Below, piece by piece: positions 1 to 7,996 of a DNA stretch of 64,000 bases; the stretch's first letter is position 1; each line of letters starts with the position of its first letter. The translations under genes were made by a program, and so were the position numbers. Origin of the DNA: Guyparkeria sp. (lineage in GTDB: Bacteria > Pseudomonadota > Gammaproteobacteria > Halothiobacillales > Halothiobacillaceae); NCBI RefSeq assembly GCF_046540515.1, contig NZ_JBKHFB010000001.1:2591-66590 (forward strand). The letters are read 5' to 3'. The notes beneath the pieces are model-generated. The model was given only the letters and a program-made list of their open reading frames with translations, searched no databases and was not told the DNA's origin.

Positions 1-1167
1 GCCCAGCGCGATGATGCAGGCCCCGGTGAGAGTGGCAATGTCGACGATCGCCGCCGGCTTGTAGCGCGCTGCGTAGGTCAGGGCGTCACAGAGAATCAGG
101 CGCCCCTCGGCATCGGTGTTGAGTACCTCGATGGTCTGCCCCGACATGCTGCGGATCACATCGCCGGGCTTCAATGCCGCGCCGTCGGGCATGTTCTCGA
201 CCGTGGGCACGAGGCCGACCACATTGATCGGCAGCTGCATCTCGGCGACTGCCGACATGACGCCGATGGTCGCGGCCGCGCCGCCCATGTCGAATTTCAT
301 CTGGTCCATGTCCGGGCCGGGCTTGAGCGAGATCCCGCCGGTGTCGAAGGTCACACCCTTGCCGACCAGCACGATCGGCGGAGTGTCGGCATCCGCGCCC
401 ATGTGTTCCATCACGATCATCTTCGGTGGCTCGCTGCTGCCCTTGGCCACCGCGAGCAGGGCGTTCATGCCCAGCGATTCCATTCGCGAGGCATCGAGCA
501 CCTCCACCGACAGGTGCAGGTGGGTCTCGGTCATCTTGCGGGCGTACTCGGCCATGGTCGTGGGCGTGAGCAGGTTGCCCGGCATGTTGGCCAGGTTCTT
601 GGCCATGCGCATGCCGTTGCTGATGGCGGTGGCCTCGCGGACGTAGCGTTCGGCCTCCATCAGCTCACGTCGAGTCGGCAGGATGAAGGTGACCTTGCGC
701 AGCGGACGCCGCGGGCCCAGGTCCCGGTCGGTCTTGAGCTCGTCGAAGCGGTACAGGGCATCGTCGATGGCCACGATGCTCTGGCGCAGCACCTGCTCCA
801 TGCTGATGCCGCGGACGTCGATCTCGGACAGGTGGCTGACGCATTCGGCCGTGCCGCGGTGATGGAGTGCCTCCACGGCCGCCCGGGTCGCCTTCACCAG
901 CCCGCGGGTGTCCAGCTCGCGTTCCTTGCCCAAACCGACCAGCAGGACCCGGTCGGCCTGGATGTTGGGGACACCGTGCAGAAGCAGGGTGTCGCCCAGT
1001 TCACCGTCCATGTCGCCGCGGCGAGTGATGGCCGTGATGAAGCCGTCACTGACCTGGTCGATCGTCTCGGCCGCGGTCGTCAGGCGGCGGGATTCGAACA
1101 CGCCGACGATCAGGCAGGCGGTGCGTTGCTTTTCCGGGGCGCCACTCTTTACGGAGAATTCGAGCAC
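1..1167 (-). CDS. pepA: Leucyl aminopeptidase (M17), 3' end runs off the window
   Basis: Manual translation (not in ORF track). GTG start at 1167 after a GAGGA RBS gives MLEFSVKSGAPEKQRTACLIVGVFE. Contains the M17 motifs VGKGVTFDTGGISLKP, MKFDMGGAA, NTDAEGRL and DIATLTGACIIALG. Confidence 0.95.
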   Translation of the reverse strand, partial: MLEFSVKSGAPEKQRTACLIVGVFESRRLTTAAETIDQVSDGFITAITRRGDMDGELGDTLLLHGVPNIQADRVLLVGLGKERELDTRGLVKATRAAVEALHHRGTAECVSHLSEIDVRGISMEQVLRQSIVAIDDALYRFDELKTDRDLGPRRPLRKVTFILPTRRELMEAERYVREATAISNGMRMAKNLANMPGNLLTPTTMAEYARKMTETHLHLSVEVLDASRMESLGMNALLAVAKGSSEPPKMIVMEHMGADADTPPIVLVGKGVTFDTGGISLKPGPDMDQMKFDMGGAAATIGVMSAVAEMQLPINVVGLVPTVENMPDGAALKPGDVIRSMSGQTIEVLNTDAEGRLILCDALTYAARYKPAAIVDIATLTGACIIALG

Positions 1168-1403
1168 GATATTTTTCCTCGTTCTTGGTCAGCGTTCGCG
1201 GGGCTTGCGGCATGACGGCAGGTGTCCGGCCCGCCGCGGGGCGGCGGGCGGTTTACCGAGGCAGTCTAGCAAAAAGCTGGCGGCCGCCCGCGGGGCTCGG
1301 TGGTTCGCGCCGCCCCTGCTAGGATTTCCCTTTTACCCATGCGGTCGAGGCAAGCGGTCCTGCTTGCGCGACCGGTCCGTAACCGCTGCGCCAGGGTGCC
1401 ACG

Positions 1404-1706
1404 ATGACTGATCCTTCCGAAAAGAAACCCGCCAATCCCCCCGAGGAAGAGTTCGAGCCGGGTATCGGTGACCCCTATCGCTTCGAGGCGCCATCGCGCC
1501 AGCCCGGCTTTGCGCGGATATCGAAGGCGATGCTGATCGTCGGCGCGATCCTGTCGACCGTCGGGGTGGTGGGTGGCCTTGGACCGATCGTCTTCACCAG
1601 CGAGGAAGACAAGCGCCAGTTCATGAATCTGTTGATGCTCGCACCGGCTGGCGTGATCCTGATGTTCGCCGGGATCACCGGCTGGGTCATCGCCGGCGGG
1701 CGCTGA
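1404..1706 (+). CDS. Small hypothetical membrane protein (2 TM helices)
   Basis: 100-aa ORF with an acidic N-terminus and two hydrophobic segments; followed by a terminator. Confidence 0.75.
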   Translation: MTDPSEKKPANPPEEEFEPGIGDPYRFEAPSRQPGFARISKAMLIVGAILSTVGVVGGLGPIVFTSEEDKRQFMNLLMLAPAGVILMFAGITGWVIAGGR

Positions 1707-1737
1707 TCGACCGAAGCCGATTCGCTCACGCCAGACG

Positions 1738-1765
1738 AAAAAAACCCCGGGCTTGCCGGGGTTTT
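1738..1765. terminator. Bidirectional intrinsic terminator
   Basis: AAAACCCCGG-gcttg-CCGGGGTTTT between convergent genes. Confidence 0.85.
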
Positions 1766-1808
1766 GTCGTTTGGGGCCGACCGGCGGTGCCGGTCGGCGG
1801 GCTCTGGA

Positions 1809-3572
1809 TCAGGAGGCGCGCGGGACGCGGACGTCCTCGACCAGCTCCTGGATCTCCGCCGGCGGCGGGGTGGTCATCTTCGCGACGATGATCGCCACGA
1901 TGAAGTTCACGCCCGCGCCGATGGCACCGAACGAGGTCGGATTGATGCCGAACAGCCAGTTCTCGGCGTTGTCCGGCAGCATGTTGGTGCCCGGGATGAA
2001 GAACCAGCCCTTGTACCAGAAGATGTACAGCAGGGTGATGGTCAGCCCGGCCAGCATGCCGGCGATGGCACCCTGCTTGTTCATGCGCTTGGAGAAGATG
2101 CCCATCATCAGCGCCGGGAACAGGGAACTCGCCGCGAGACCGAAGGCCAGTGCCACGACCTGGGCGGCGAAGCCCGGCGGGTTCAGGCCCAGGTAGCCGG
2201 CAACGACGATCGCCACCGTCATCGCGATCCGACCGGCCATCAGCTCGCCCTTCTCGGAGATGTCCGGTTTGATCACGCCCTTCAAGAGGTCATGCGAGAT
2301 CGCCGAGGAAATCGCAAGCAGGAGGCCTGCGGCGGTCGACAGGGCGGCCGCGATACCACCGGCGGCGATCAGGGCGATGACCCAGTTCGGCAGGTTGGCG
2401 ATTTCCGGGTTGGCCAACACCATGATGTCGCGGTCGACGGTCAGCTCGTTGCCTTCCCAGCCGTACTCTTCCTCCGCCATGGCGGCGAAGTCTTCGTTGG
2501 CGTCGTTGTAGTACTGGATGCGGCCGTCGCCGTTCTTGTCTTCCCAGGACAGCAGGCCGGTGGTCTCCCAGCTCTTGAACCACTCCGGACGCTCGGCGTA
2601 GAGCAGGTTGCCGTCCTCGGCGCCGATCTGGTCGGTGTCCTGCACGGTCTTCAACGTGTTCCACATGGCCATCGCGCCGACAGCCGGGGCGGTGGTGTAG
2701 AGGATCGCGATGAACAGCAGGGTCCAGCCGGCGGACTTGCGGGCGTCACGCACGCGCGGGACGGTGAAGAAGCGCACCAGGACGTGTGGCAGACCGGCGG
2801 TACCGATCATCAGTGCCAGCGTCAGCAGGAAGGTGTTCATCAGGTCCGGCGTGGCGGTGTACTCGGCAAAGCCCAGATCGACCAGGACCATGTCCAGCTT
2901 CTGCAGCAGGTACTGATTGGAACCGTCGGCCAGTTCGGCGCCGGTGCCCGTTTGTGGCAGGAAGTGGCCGGTCAGCTGCAGTGAGATGAATACGGCCGGC
3001 ACGGTGTAGGCGAAGATCATGATCACGTACTGCGCGATCTGCGTGTAGGTGATGCCCTTCATGCCGCCGAGAACCGCGTAGACGAACACGATGCCCATGC
3101 CCGCAAACAGGCCGACTTCCACTGAGGTCTCGAGGAAGCGCGAGAAGGCCACGCCGACGCCCTTCATCTGACCGATGACGTAGGTCAGCGAGATGACCAG
3201 CAGGGCGATGACGGCGATGACGCGCGCGGTGTTCGAGTAGAAGCGGTCACCGATGAATTCCGGCACCGTGAACTTGCCGAACTTGCGCAGGTACGGAGCG
3301 AGCAGCATCGCCAGCAGCACGTAGCCGCCGGTCCAGCCCATGAGATACGCCGAGGCCGAATAGCCGTTGAAGGCGATCAGGCCAGCCATCGAGATGAACG
3401 ACGCGGCGGACATCCAGTCGGCGGCGGTGGCCATGCCGTTGGCGACGGGGTTGATCCCCTTGCCGGCGACGTAGAACTCGCTGGTGGTGCCCGCCCGGGC
3501 GACGATCGCGAGAACGAAGTAAAGCAAGAAGGTGGCGCCAACCACCAGGTAGATCAGTGTCTGAAGATCCAT
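1809..3572 (-). CDS. actP: Sodium:solute symporter, ActP-like (VC_2705-type) cation/acetate symporter
   Basis: 587 aa, multi-TM. Motifs NGMATAADWMSAASFISMAG, GTAGLPHVLVRFFTVP, and the WEDKNGDGRIQY...DRDIMVLANPEIA loop typical of this SSS subfamily. Confidence 0.9.
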   Translation of the reverse strand: MDLQTLIYLVVGATFLLYFVLAIVARAGTTSEFYVAGKGINPVANGMATAADWMSAASFISMAGLIAFNGYSASAYLMGWTGGYVLLAMLLAPYLRKFGKFTVPEFIGDRFYSNTARVIAVIALLVISLTYVIGQMKGVGVAFSRFLETSVEVGLFAGMGIVFVYAVLGGMKGITYTQIAQYVIMIFAYTVPAVFISLQLTGHFLPQTGTGAELADGSNQYLLQKLDMVLVDLGFAEYTATPDLMNTFLLTLALMIGTAGLPHVLVRFFTVPRVRDARKSAGWTLLFIAILYTTAPAVGAMAMWNTLKTVQDTDQIGAEDGNLLYAERPEWFKSWETTGLLSWEDKNGDGRIQYYNDANEDFAAMAEEEYGWEGNELTVDRDIMVLANPEIANLPNWVIALIAAGGIAAALSTAAGLLLAISSAISHDLLKGVIKPDISEKGELMAGRIAMTVAIVVAGYLGLNPPGFAAQVVALAFGLAASSLFPALMMGIFSKRMNKQGAIAGMLAGLTITLLYIFWYKGWFFIPGTNMLPDNAENWLFGINPTSFGAIGAGVNFIVAIIVAKMTTPPPAEIQELVEDVRVPRAS

Positions 3573-3594
3573 GTGTCTTGGGCTCCTGCGTTAT

Positions 3595-3855
3595 TTAGTC
3601 TTCGGCGACGCCGAATTTCTTGTCGATGGCGTTCATGCGCCAGGCGTAGAAGAAGATCAGCACCACGAAGGTGAAGATCGAGCCTTGCTGCGCGAACCAG
3701 AAGCCCAGCGGGTAACCGCCCAGCGAGAACTGGTTGAGCGTATCGACCAGCAGGATGCCGAATACGTAGGACACCAGGAACCAGACGACCAGACAGCCGA
3801 ACAGTACCTTCAGGTTGGCGCGCCAGTAATCGGCGCGATTGGAACGTTGCTCCAT
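3595..3855 (-). CDS. DUF4212 small membrane subunit of the solute symporter
   Basis: YWRANLK...GYPLGFWFAQQGSI motif; GAGGAG RBS; directly upstream of the SSS gene. Confidence 0.9.
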   Translation of the reverse strand: MEQRSNRADYWRANLKVLFGCLVVWFLVSYVFGILLVDTLNQFSLGGYPLGFWFAQQGSIFTFVVLIFFYAWRMNAIDKKFGVAED

Positions 3856-3908
3856 AAGTGGCTCCTCGAGTTTCGGTTGAATCCGAACGTTTTATGTCTT
3901 CCTTTCAG

Positions 3909-4000
3909 GGAACGCCTGCACGAATGCGATCTCGCTCTGGCTCGTCGTGCCGTTCGTGATCAAGGCGCGCAGAGCGGTATCGGATTGGTGCAGGCCTTCC
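3909..4000. repeat. 92-bp inverted-repeat (MITE-like) element, copy 1
   Basis: Arms 3908-3939 and 3970-4001 pair at 27 of 32 positions; termini resemble those at 26174-26220 and 30199-30289. Confidence 0.7.
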
Positions 4001-4061
4001 CAGCCAGCCAGGCCCCGGGCGTGGCGGCGCAACGGCACGCACCATGCCTGGACCCCGGCGC

Positions 4062-4090
4062 ACGCTAAGCCTACTGGAACCGCGGGTCAA
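4062..4090 (-). promoter_or_regulatory. Putative sigma70 promoter for DUF4212-actP
   Basis: Minus strand TTGACC-17 nt-TAGCGT. Confidence 0.5.
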
Positions 4091-4122
4091 AAGGGAACCT
4101 CAGTTTTCGTGATGGGGCATAG

Positions 4123-4137
4123 GCAAACCCGGTGCCG
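4123..4137 (-). promoter_or_regulatory. Putative sigma54 (-24/-12) promoter upstream of DUF4212-actP
   Basis: Minus strand CGGCACCGGGTTTGC = GG-N10-GC, close to the consensus TGGCAC-N5-TTGC. Confidence 0.5.
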
Positions 4138-4237
4138 TTGGGGCGGGTGACGCTGGCCCGGCCGTCCCCGGCGCGATGCGGGTTGGCGGTCGTTGCCAAC
4201 GGGCCGAGGAGTGACGGCCCGCTCCGGGGCGTGGGCG

Positions 4238-6115
4238 TTAGAGCTGGTAGGCAATCTCGAGGTGCCGTTGGAGCTTGCGGGCGATGCGGAAGGATTCCTT
4301 GAGAAGTCGCTGGGTCAGCCCGTCGAGTCGGTCCGGATCGATCAGGTTGTCGGGGGACTCGCCGCGCTGGATCTGTCCGTACTGGTGGCGCAGTCGTAGT
4401 CGCTGGATGAAGTCGTAGGCCGCGGTCAGGTCGTCGGCCGGCAGGGCGCGCTCGGGCACCAGGGCCAGACGCTGGTCGGTGCGCGTGGCCCCCGCGCCCT
4501 GAGCCAGCGCCTCGATCCGGGCGGCGTCGACGAACGGCGTGGCCCCATCGAGCTTGATGTCGATCCCCCGCTGGCTGCCACGCGTGCGGGTGCGAAAGCC
4601 GCCGAACAGGGTCAGCGGCGGCTGGTTTCGCAGGGCGTTGGCGGCAAGCTGGCGGCGGAAGCGGCTGTTCTTCCGTGCCGGTTCGCGCCAGGCGCTCGTC
4701 CATCGCTCGAACAACGGGTCGCTGCCGGACAGGCCGCGTGCGTCGAAGAAGATGGTCGCCTTGAGCAGGTGTTCGGGCGTGCCCTGGTCGATCCAGCCGC
4801 GAAAGCGCTTGCCCCATTCGTCGAGCGAGAGGCACAGGTCCGGATTCCCGGCCATGATATTGCCCGGGCATAGCGGGTAGCCCAGCTCGTCGAGCGCCTC
4901 GTTGACGCGGCGGGCCAGCGGCAGCAGGTGACCGCGGGCGTCCTGCGGATCGATAGGCCCGGCGAAGACCAGTCCGTTGTCCTGGTCGGTCGCCAGGGTC
5001 TGCTCCGAGCGGGCCTCGCTGCCGAAGGTGAGCCAGCACCATTCCAGCTCGGCCGGCAGGGGCGCATCCTCGAAGGTCAACCCGATAACCCGCCGGGTGA
5101 TCGCGTCGTTTATCCCGGACACGATGCGGCTGATCGGGGCGAACCCCGATCCGGATTCGAGCAGCGCACCGACGATGCCGGGTACCTCCTGGCGGATGCC
5201 TGCCAGCGCCTCGACGTCGCGGGCGCGGCTGATCCGCTGGTGCAACAGGCCCGGGGTCATGGCATTCACCCGGTAGAGCGCGCCCTCGTCGAGCACGCCC
5301 AGCGGCTCGTCGTGGCCCGTTTCGGTCACCAGCAGGTGATGAAAGCCGTGTTCGGCCAGGCTCACCGCCGCCTCGAGCACCGAAGTGTCCGCGTCGATGC
5401 CGACCGGGTCGCGGGTGGCGATCTCGGCAAGCGTGGTTTCCACCGGCCGGTTCAGGCCGCGGAAGGCCAGGTCGCGCAGCGTGGCGATACCGAAGCCGTC
5501 GGGTAGGCGTACCAGCATGGCCTCGCCGCCGTGGGATTCGAGTGCGCGCGCCGCCTCGGCAAGCGGGGTGTCGCCTTCGAGCACCAGCGTGCGGGCGTCC
5601 ATCCGGGCGCGAATCGGCGTGCTCGGGTCGAGCAGAGCGCCCGATCCCCCGGCGCCACCGTCAATTTCCTCGGCCACCGGCCCGCGGGTCAGCAGGTGGC
5701 CGATCCGACGGGTGCAGAAATCGTCGAAGGCCTCGCTCTCGCGCCGCAGCGCCTCGAAGGCAGCCTTGGGCAGCGCCACGGCCTGCCCCGGCTCGGCGAC
5801 CACCTGGCGGGTGCTGACTGGCCGGCGCTCCATTAGCGCCCCCAGGGGAAAGCTGTCACCACGTCCCAGCGACCAGACCGGGTGGCCGTCGGAGCCGTCG
5901 ACCAGGCCGTCCACCCGGCCGGAAAGCAGCACGAAAAACGTGTCGGGCGGCCCCATGCGCGGCTCGAGCAGCACTTCGCCCTGCGCGAGGCGACGGATGC
6001 GTGCCGCGGGGATCGACCGGCTCAGGATCTCCGGGTCGATGCGGTCGAACGGCGCGATCTCGCGCAAGGCAGCGAGGGCCTCGCGGGTGGCTTCGGTCGG
6101 ATCGGGATCGCCCAT
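4238..6115 (-). CDS. cNMP-binding + CBS + DUF294 nucleotidyltransferase-like signalling protein
   Basis: N-terminal cNMP-like domain, then a CBS pair, then the NTase motif GSEARSEQTLATDQDNGL, YPLCPGNIMAGNP, IFFD, and a C-terminal DIK...PFVDAAR helical domain (DUF294_C). Confidence 0.9.
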   Translation of the reverse strand: MGDPDPTEATREALAALREIAPFDRIDPEILSRSIPAARIRRLAQGEVLLEPRMGPPDTFFVLLSGRVDGLVDGSDGHPVWSLGRGDSFPLGALMERRPVSTRQVVAEPGQAVALPKAAFEALRRESEAFDDFCTRRIGHLLTRGPVAEEIDGGAGGSGALLDPSTPIRARMDARTLVLEGDTPLAEAARALESHGGEAMLVRLPDGFGIATLRDLAFRGLNRPVETTLAEIATRDPVGIDADTSVLEAAVSLAEHGFHHLLVTETGHDEPLGVLDEGALYRVNAMTPGLLHQRISRARDVEALAGIRQEVPGIVGALLESGSGFAPISRIVSGINDAITRRVIGLTFEDAPLPAELEWCWLTFGSEARSEQTLATDQDNGLVFAGPIDPQDARGHLLPLARRVNEALDELGYPLCPGNIMAGNPDLCLSLDEWGKRFRGWIDQGTPEHLLKATIFFDARGLSGSDPLFERWTSAWREPARKNSRFRRQLAANALRNQPPLTLFGGFRTRTRGSQRGIDIKLDGATPFVDAARIEALAQGAGATRTDQRLALVPERALPADDLTAAYDFIQRLRLRHQYGQIQRGESPDNLIDPDRLDGLTQRLLKESFRIARKLQRHLEIAYQL

Positions 6116-6188
6116 GGTGACTCCGGGGGTGGTTGGACGGCTATGCTCGAACGGGCATGAATGTCACAACCATAGCGGAGGTTTTGCC

Positions 6189-6704
6189 ATGAGGGGAGTG
6201 TCGATTGGCCGCCTGCTGGCGCCGGCATTGATTCTGTGCAGCAGCGCGGTGGCGGCGGAGAACGCCGATGGCGCCGGCGACGTGGTCACCAGCGACCGGA
6301 TCGGGATGGGGCTGGCCGCGGCCATCGCCGAGGAGGCGGTGGCCGCCTGCACGGAGAACGGCTACGCGGTCACCGCGGTGGTGGTCGACCCGTCGGGCGA
6401 TCCGCAGGTGATGATGCGCGCTACCCATGCCCCGCGGTTCACTCGCCAGATCGCCACGGACAAGGCCCGGGCCGTGATCCTGGCCGGGATCGATTCGGGG
6501 GCGTTTCGCGCCAACCGCGAGGACATCCGGATGGAGATGAACCACGTCGACGGCATCCTCGTGCTCGACGGGGCGGTGGCGATCGAATCGGCCGGTTCGA
6601 CCATCGGTGCGCTGGGGGTCAGTGGTGCCCCGGGTGGGGACAAGGATGCCGACTGCGCCCGGGAGGCGCTCGAGGTGCACTACGACCGCTTGCAACTGCG
6701 TTGA
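6189..6704 (+). CDS. Secreted GlcG/HbpS family heme-binding protein
   Basis: ATG at 6189 after GGAGG; signal peptide; motifs VTAVVVDPSG, ATDKA, GALGVSGAPGGDKDADCA. Confidence 0.85.
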   Translation: MRGVSIGRLLAPALILCSSAVAAENADGAGDVVTSDRIGMGLAAAIAEEAVAACTENGYAVTAVVVDPSGDPQVMMRATHAPRFTRQIATDKARAVILAGIDSGAFRANREDIRMEMNHVDGILVLDGAVAIESAGSTIGALGVSGAPGGDKDADCAREALEVHYDRLQLR

Positions 6705-6719
6705 CGAGGCCGGTCGACG

Positions 6720-7610
6720 TCAGCCGTCGATGGGGCAGGGGAACTCGCCGCGCTCGATCTGTACCGTGGCGTGGTCGATGCCGAAGCGCTCCCGGAGGTC
6801 GTTCTGCAGCTCGCGCAGGAACGTGTCGCCCTCGACGGGCGGCTCGGGCATGACCAGGTGCACGCTCAGGGCCGTCTGACGCGTGGACAGGGCCCAGACG
6901 TGCAGGTGGTGGTAGTCGGTCACGCCGGGCATGGCGGCGAGATGCCGCCCGACCTGGTCGAGATCGACCTCTTCCGGCACCCCGTGCATGACCAGTTGCA
7001 GCGAGCGGCGCACGAGACCGAGCGCCGGGACCAGGATGACCAGGCTGACGAGAATGCTCAGCAGCGGATCGACCAGCGCGAATCCGGTGAGCAGCACGAT
7101 CAGGCCGGAGATGGCGACGGCAACCGAGACGGCCGCGTCGGCGGCCATGTGCAGGAAGGCGCCGCGCAGGTTGAGGTCATGCTTCTGTCCCGAGAGCAGC
7201 AGCCAGGCGGTGGCGGTGTTGACCACCACGCCGGCCAGCGCCACCCCGATGACGAGCGCCCCGTGCACCGCCGGCGGGTCGGCCAGCCGCATGCCCGCCT
7301 CCCACAGGATCCACAGCGAGACCAGTGCCAGCGTCACGCCGTTGATCAATGCGGCGAGCAGGGTGCTGCTGCCCAATCCGTAGCTGAACTGGCGCGAGGC
7401 GACGCGGCGGGTCAGGCGGTTGGCACCCCAGGCCAGCACCAGCCCCAGCACGTCGCCAAGGTTGTGCGCCGCGTCGGCCAGCAGGGCCATCGAGTGCCCG
7501 AGCACTCCGGCCACCGCCTCGACGATGACGAAGGCCAGGTTGAGAACAATGCCGATCCCCAGCGCCCGGCCGGCGGCATCGGTGGCATCGTGGTGGTGAT
7601 GGGCGTGCAT
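6720..7610 (-). CDS. Cation diffusion facilitator (CzcD/ZitB-like Zn/Co/Cd exporter)
   Basis: His-rich N-terminus; LLADAAHNLGD and HMAAD metal sites; HHLHVWALS and HATVQIE motifs. Confidence 0.92.
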   Translation of the reverse strand: MHAHHHHDATDAAGRALGIGIVLNLAFVIVEAVAGVLGHSMALLADAAHNLGDVLGLVLAWGANRLTRRVASRQFSYGLGSSTLLAALINGVTLALVSLWILWEAGMRLADPPAVHGALVIGVALAGVVVNTATAWLLLSGQKHDLNLRGAFLHMAADAAVSVAVAISGLIVLLTGFALVDPLLSILVSLVILVPALGLVRRSLQLVMHGVPEEVDLDQVGRHLAAMPGVTDYHHLHVWALSTRQTALSVHLVMPEPPVEGDTFLRELQNDLRERFGIDHATVQIERGEFPCPIDG

Positions 7611-7783
7611 GGCTGAACCTTAGCAGGCGGCCGTGCCGTCGGGCAGAGCGGCCCGTGACGGGGTTGTCTGAAGAGGCCAGAAGTCAGAGATGAGAGGTCA
7701 GATCACGCGGCTCGAGGTCGAACGCGAAAAGCGGGTAGGGCCTCGCCTCGCCGGCAGACCCTCCACAGACGAAGCGCAGCCAT

Positions 7784-7927
7784 TGTGGGAGCTTGCCCTG
7801 CAAGCGAAACGCGCCAACGGCGCGTGTTCCGGCGTCGGTCGGCAGGGTGGTTGGTGGGAACGGGGCGGCCGCGGACGCGGCCTTCGCGGGCGTGGCTCGC
7901 TTGTTCGGAGGCATAGAATCTCCCACA
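7784..7927. repeat. REP-like doublet (GTGG-type)
   Basis: TGTGGGA-GCTTGC-cct-GCAAGC-GAA at 7784-7808, facing an inverted TTCGGAGGCATAGAATCTCCCACA at 7904-7927. Confidence 0.55.
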
Positions 7928-7996
7928 GAGAGCAGTGGCGCCGTCGTCACCTGGTAGCTCGAAGGGCGCTTGAAGCACGCCTTCGGCAGGGGTGGT

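Noticed and set aside
3905-4090. 61-aa ORF as a leader peptide or exonuclease remnant
   Set aside because: Its TTG start coincides with the predicted -35 box, there is no RBS and no DEDDh motif; the region is better explained as non-coding structure.
4119-4160. GGCAAACC resembling the start of a c-di-GMP-I riboswitch
   Set aside because: It lacks the GNRA loop, receptor and GCAAAGC elements, and is on the wrong strand for the downstream genes; better explained as a minus-strand sigma54 motif.
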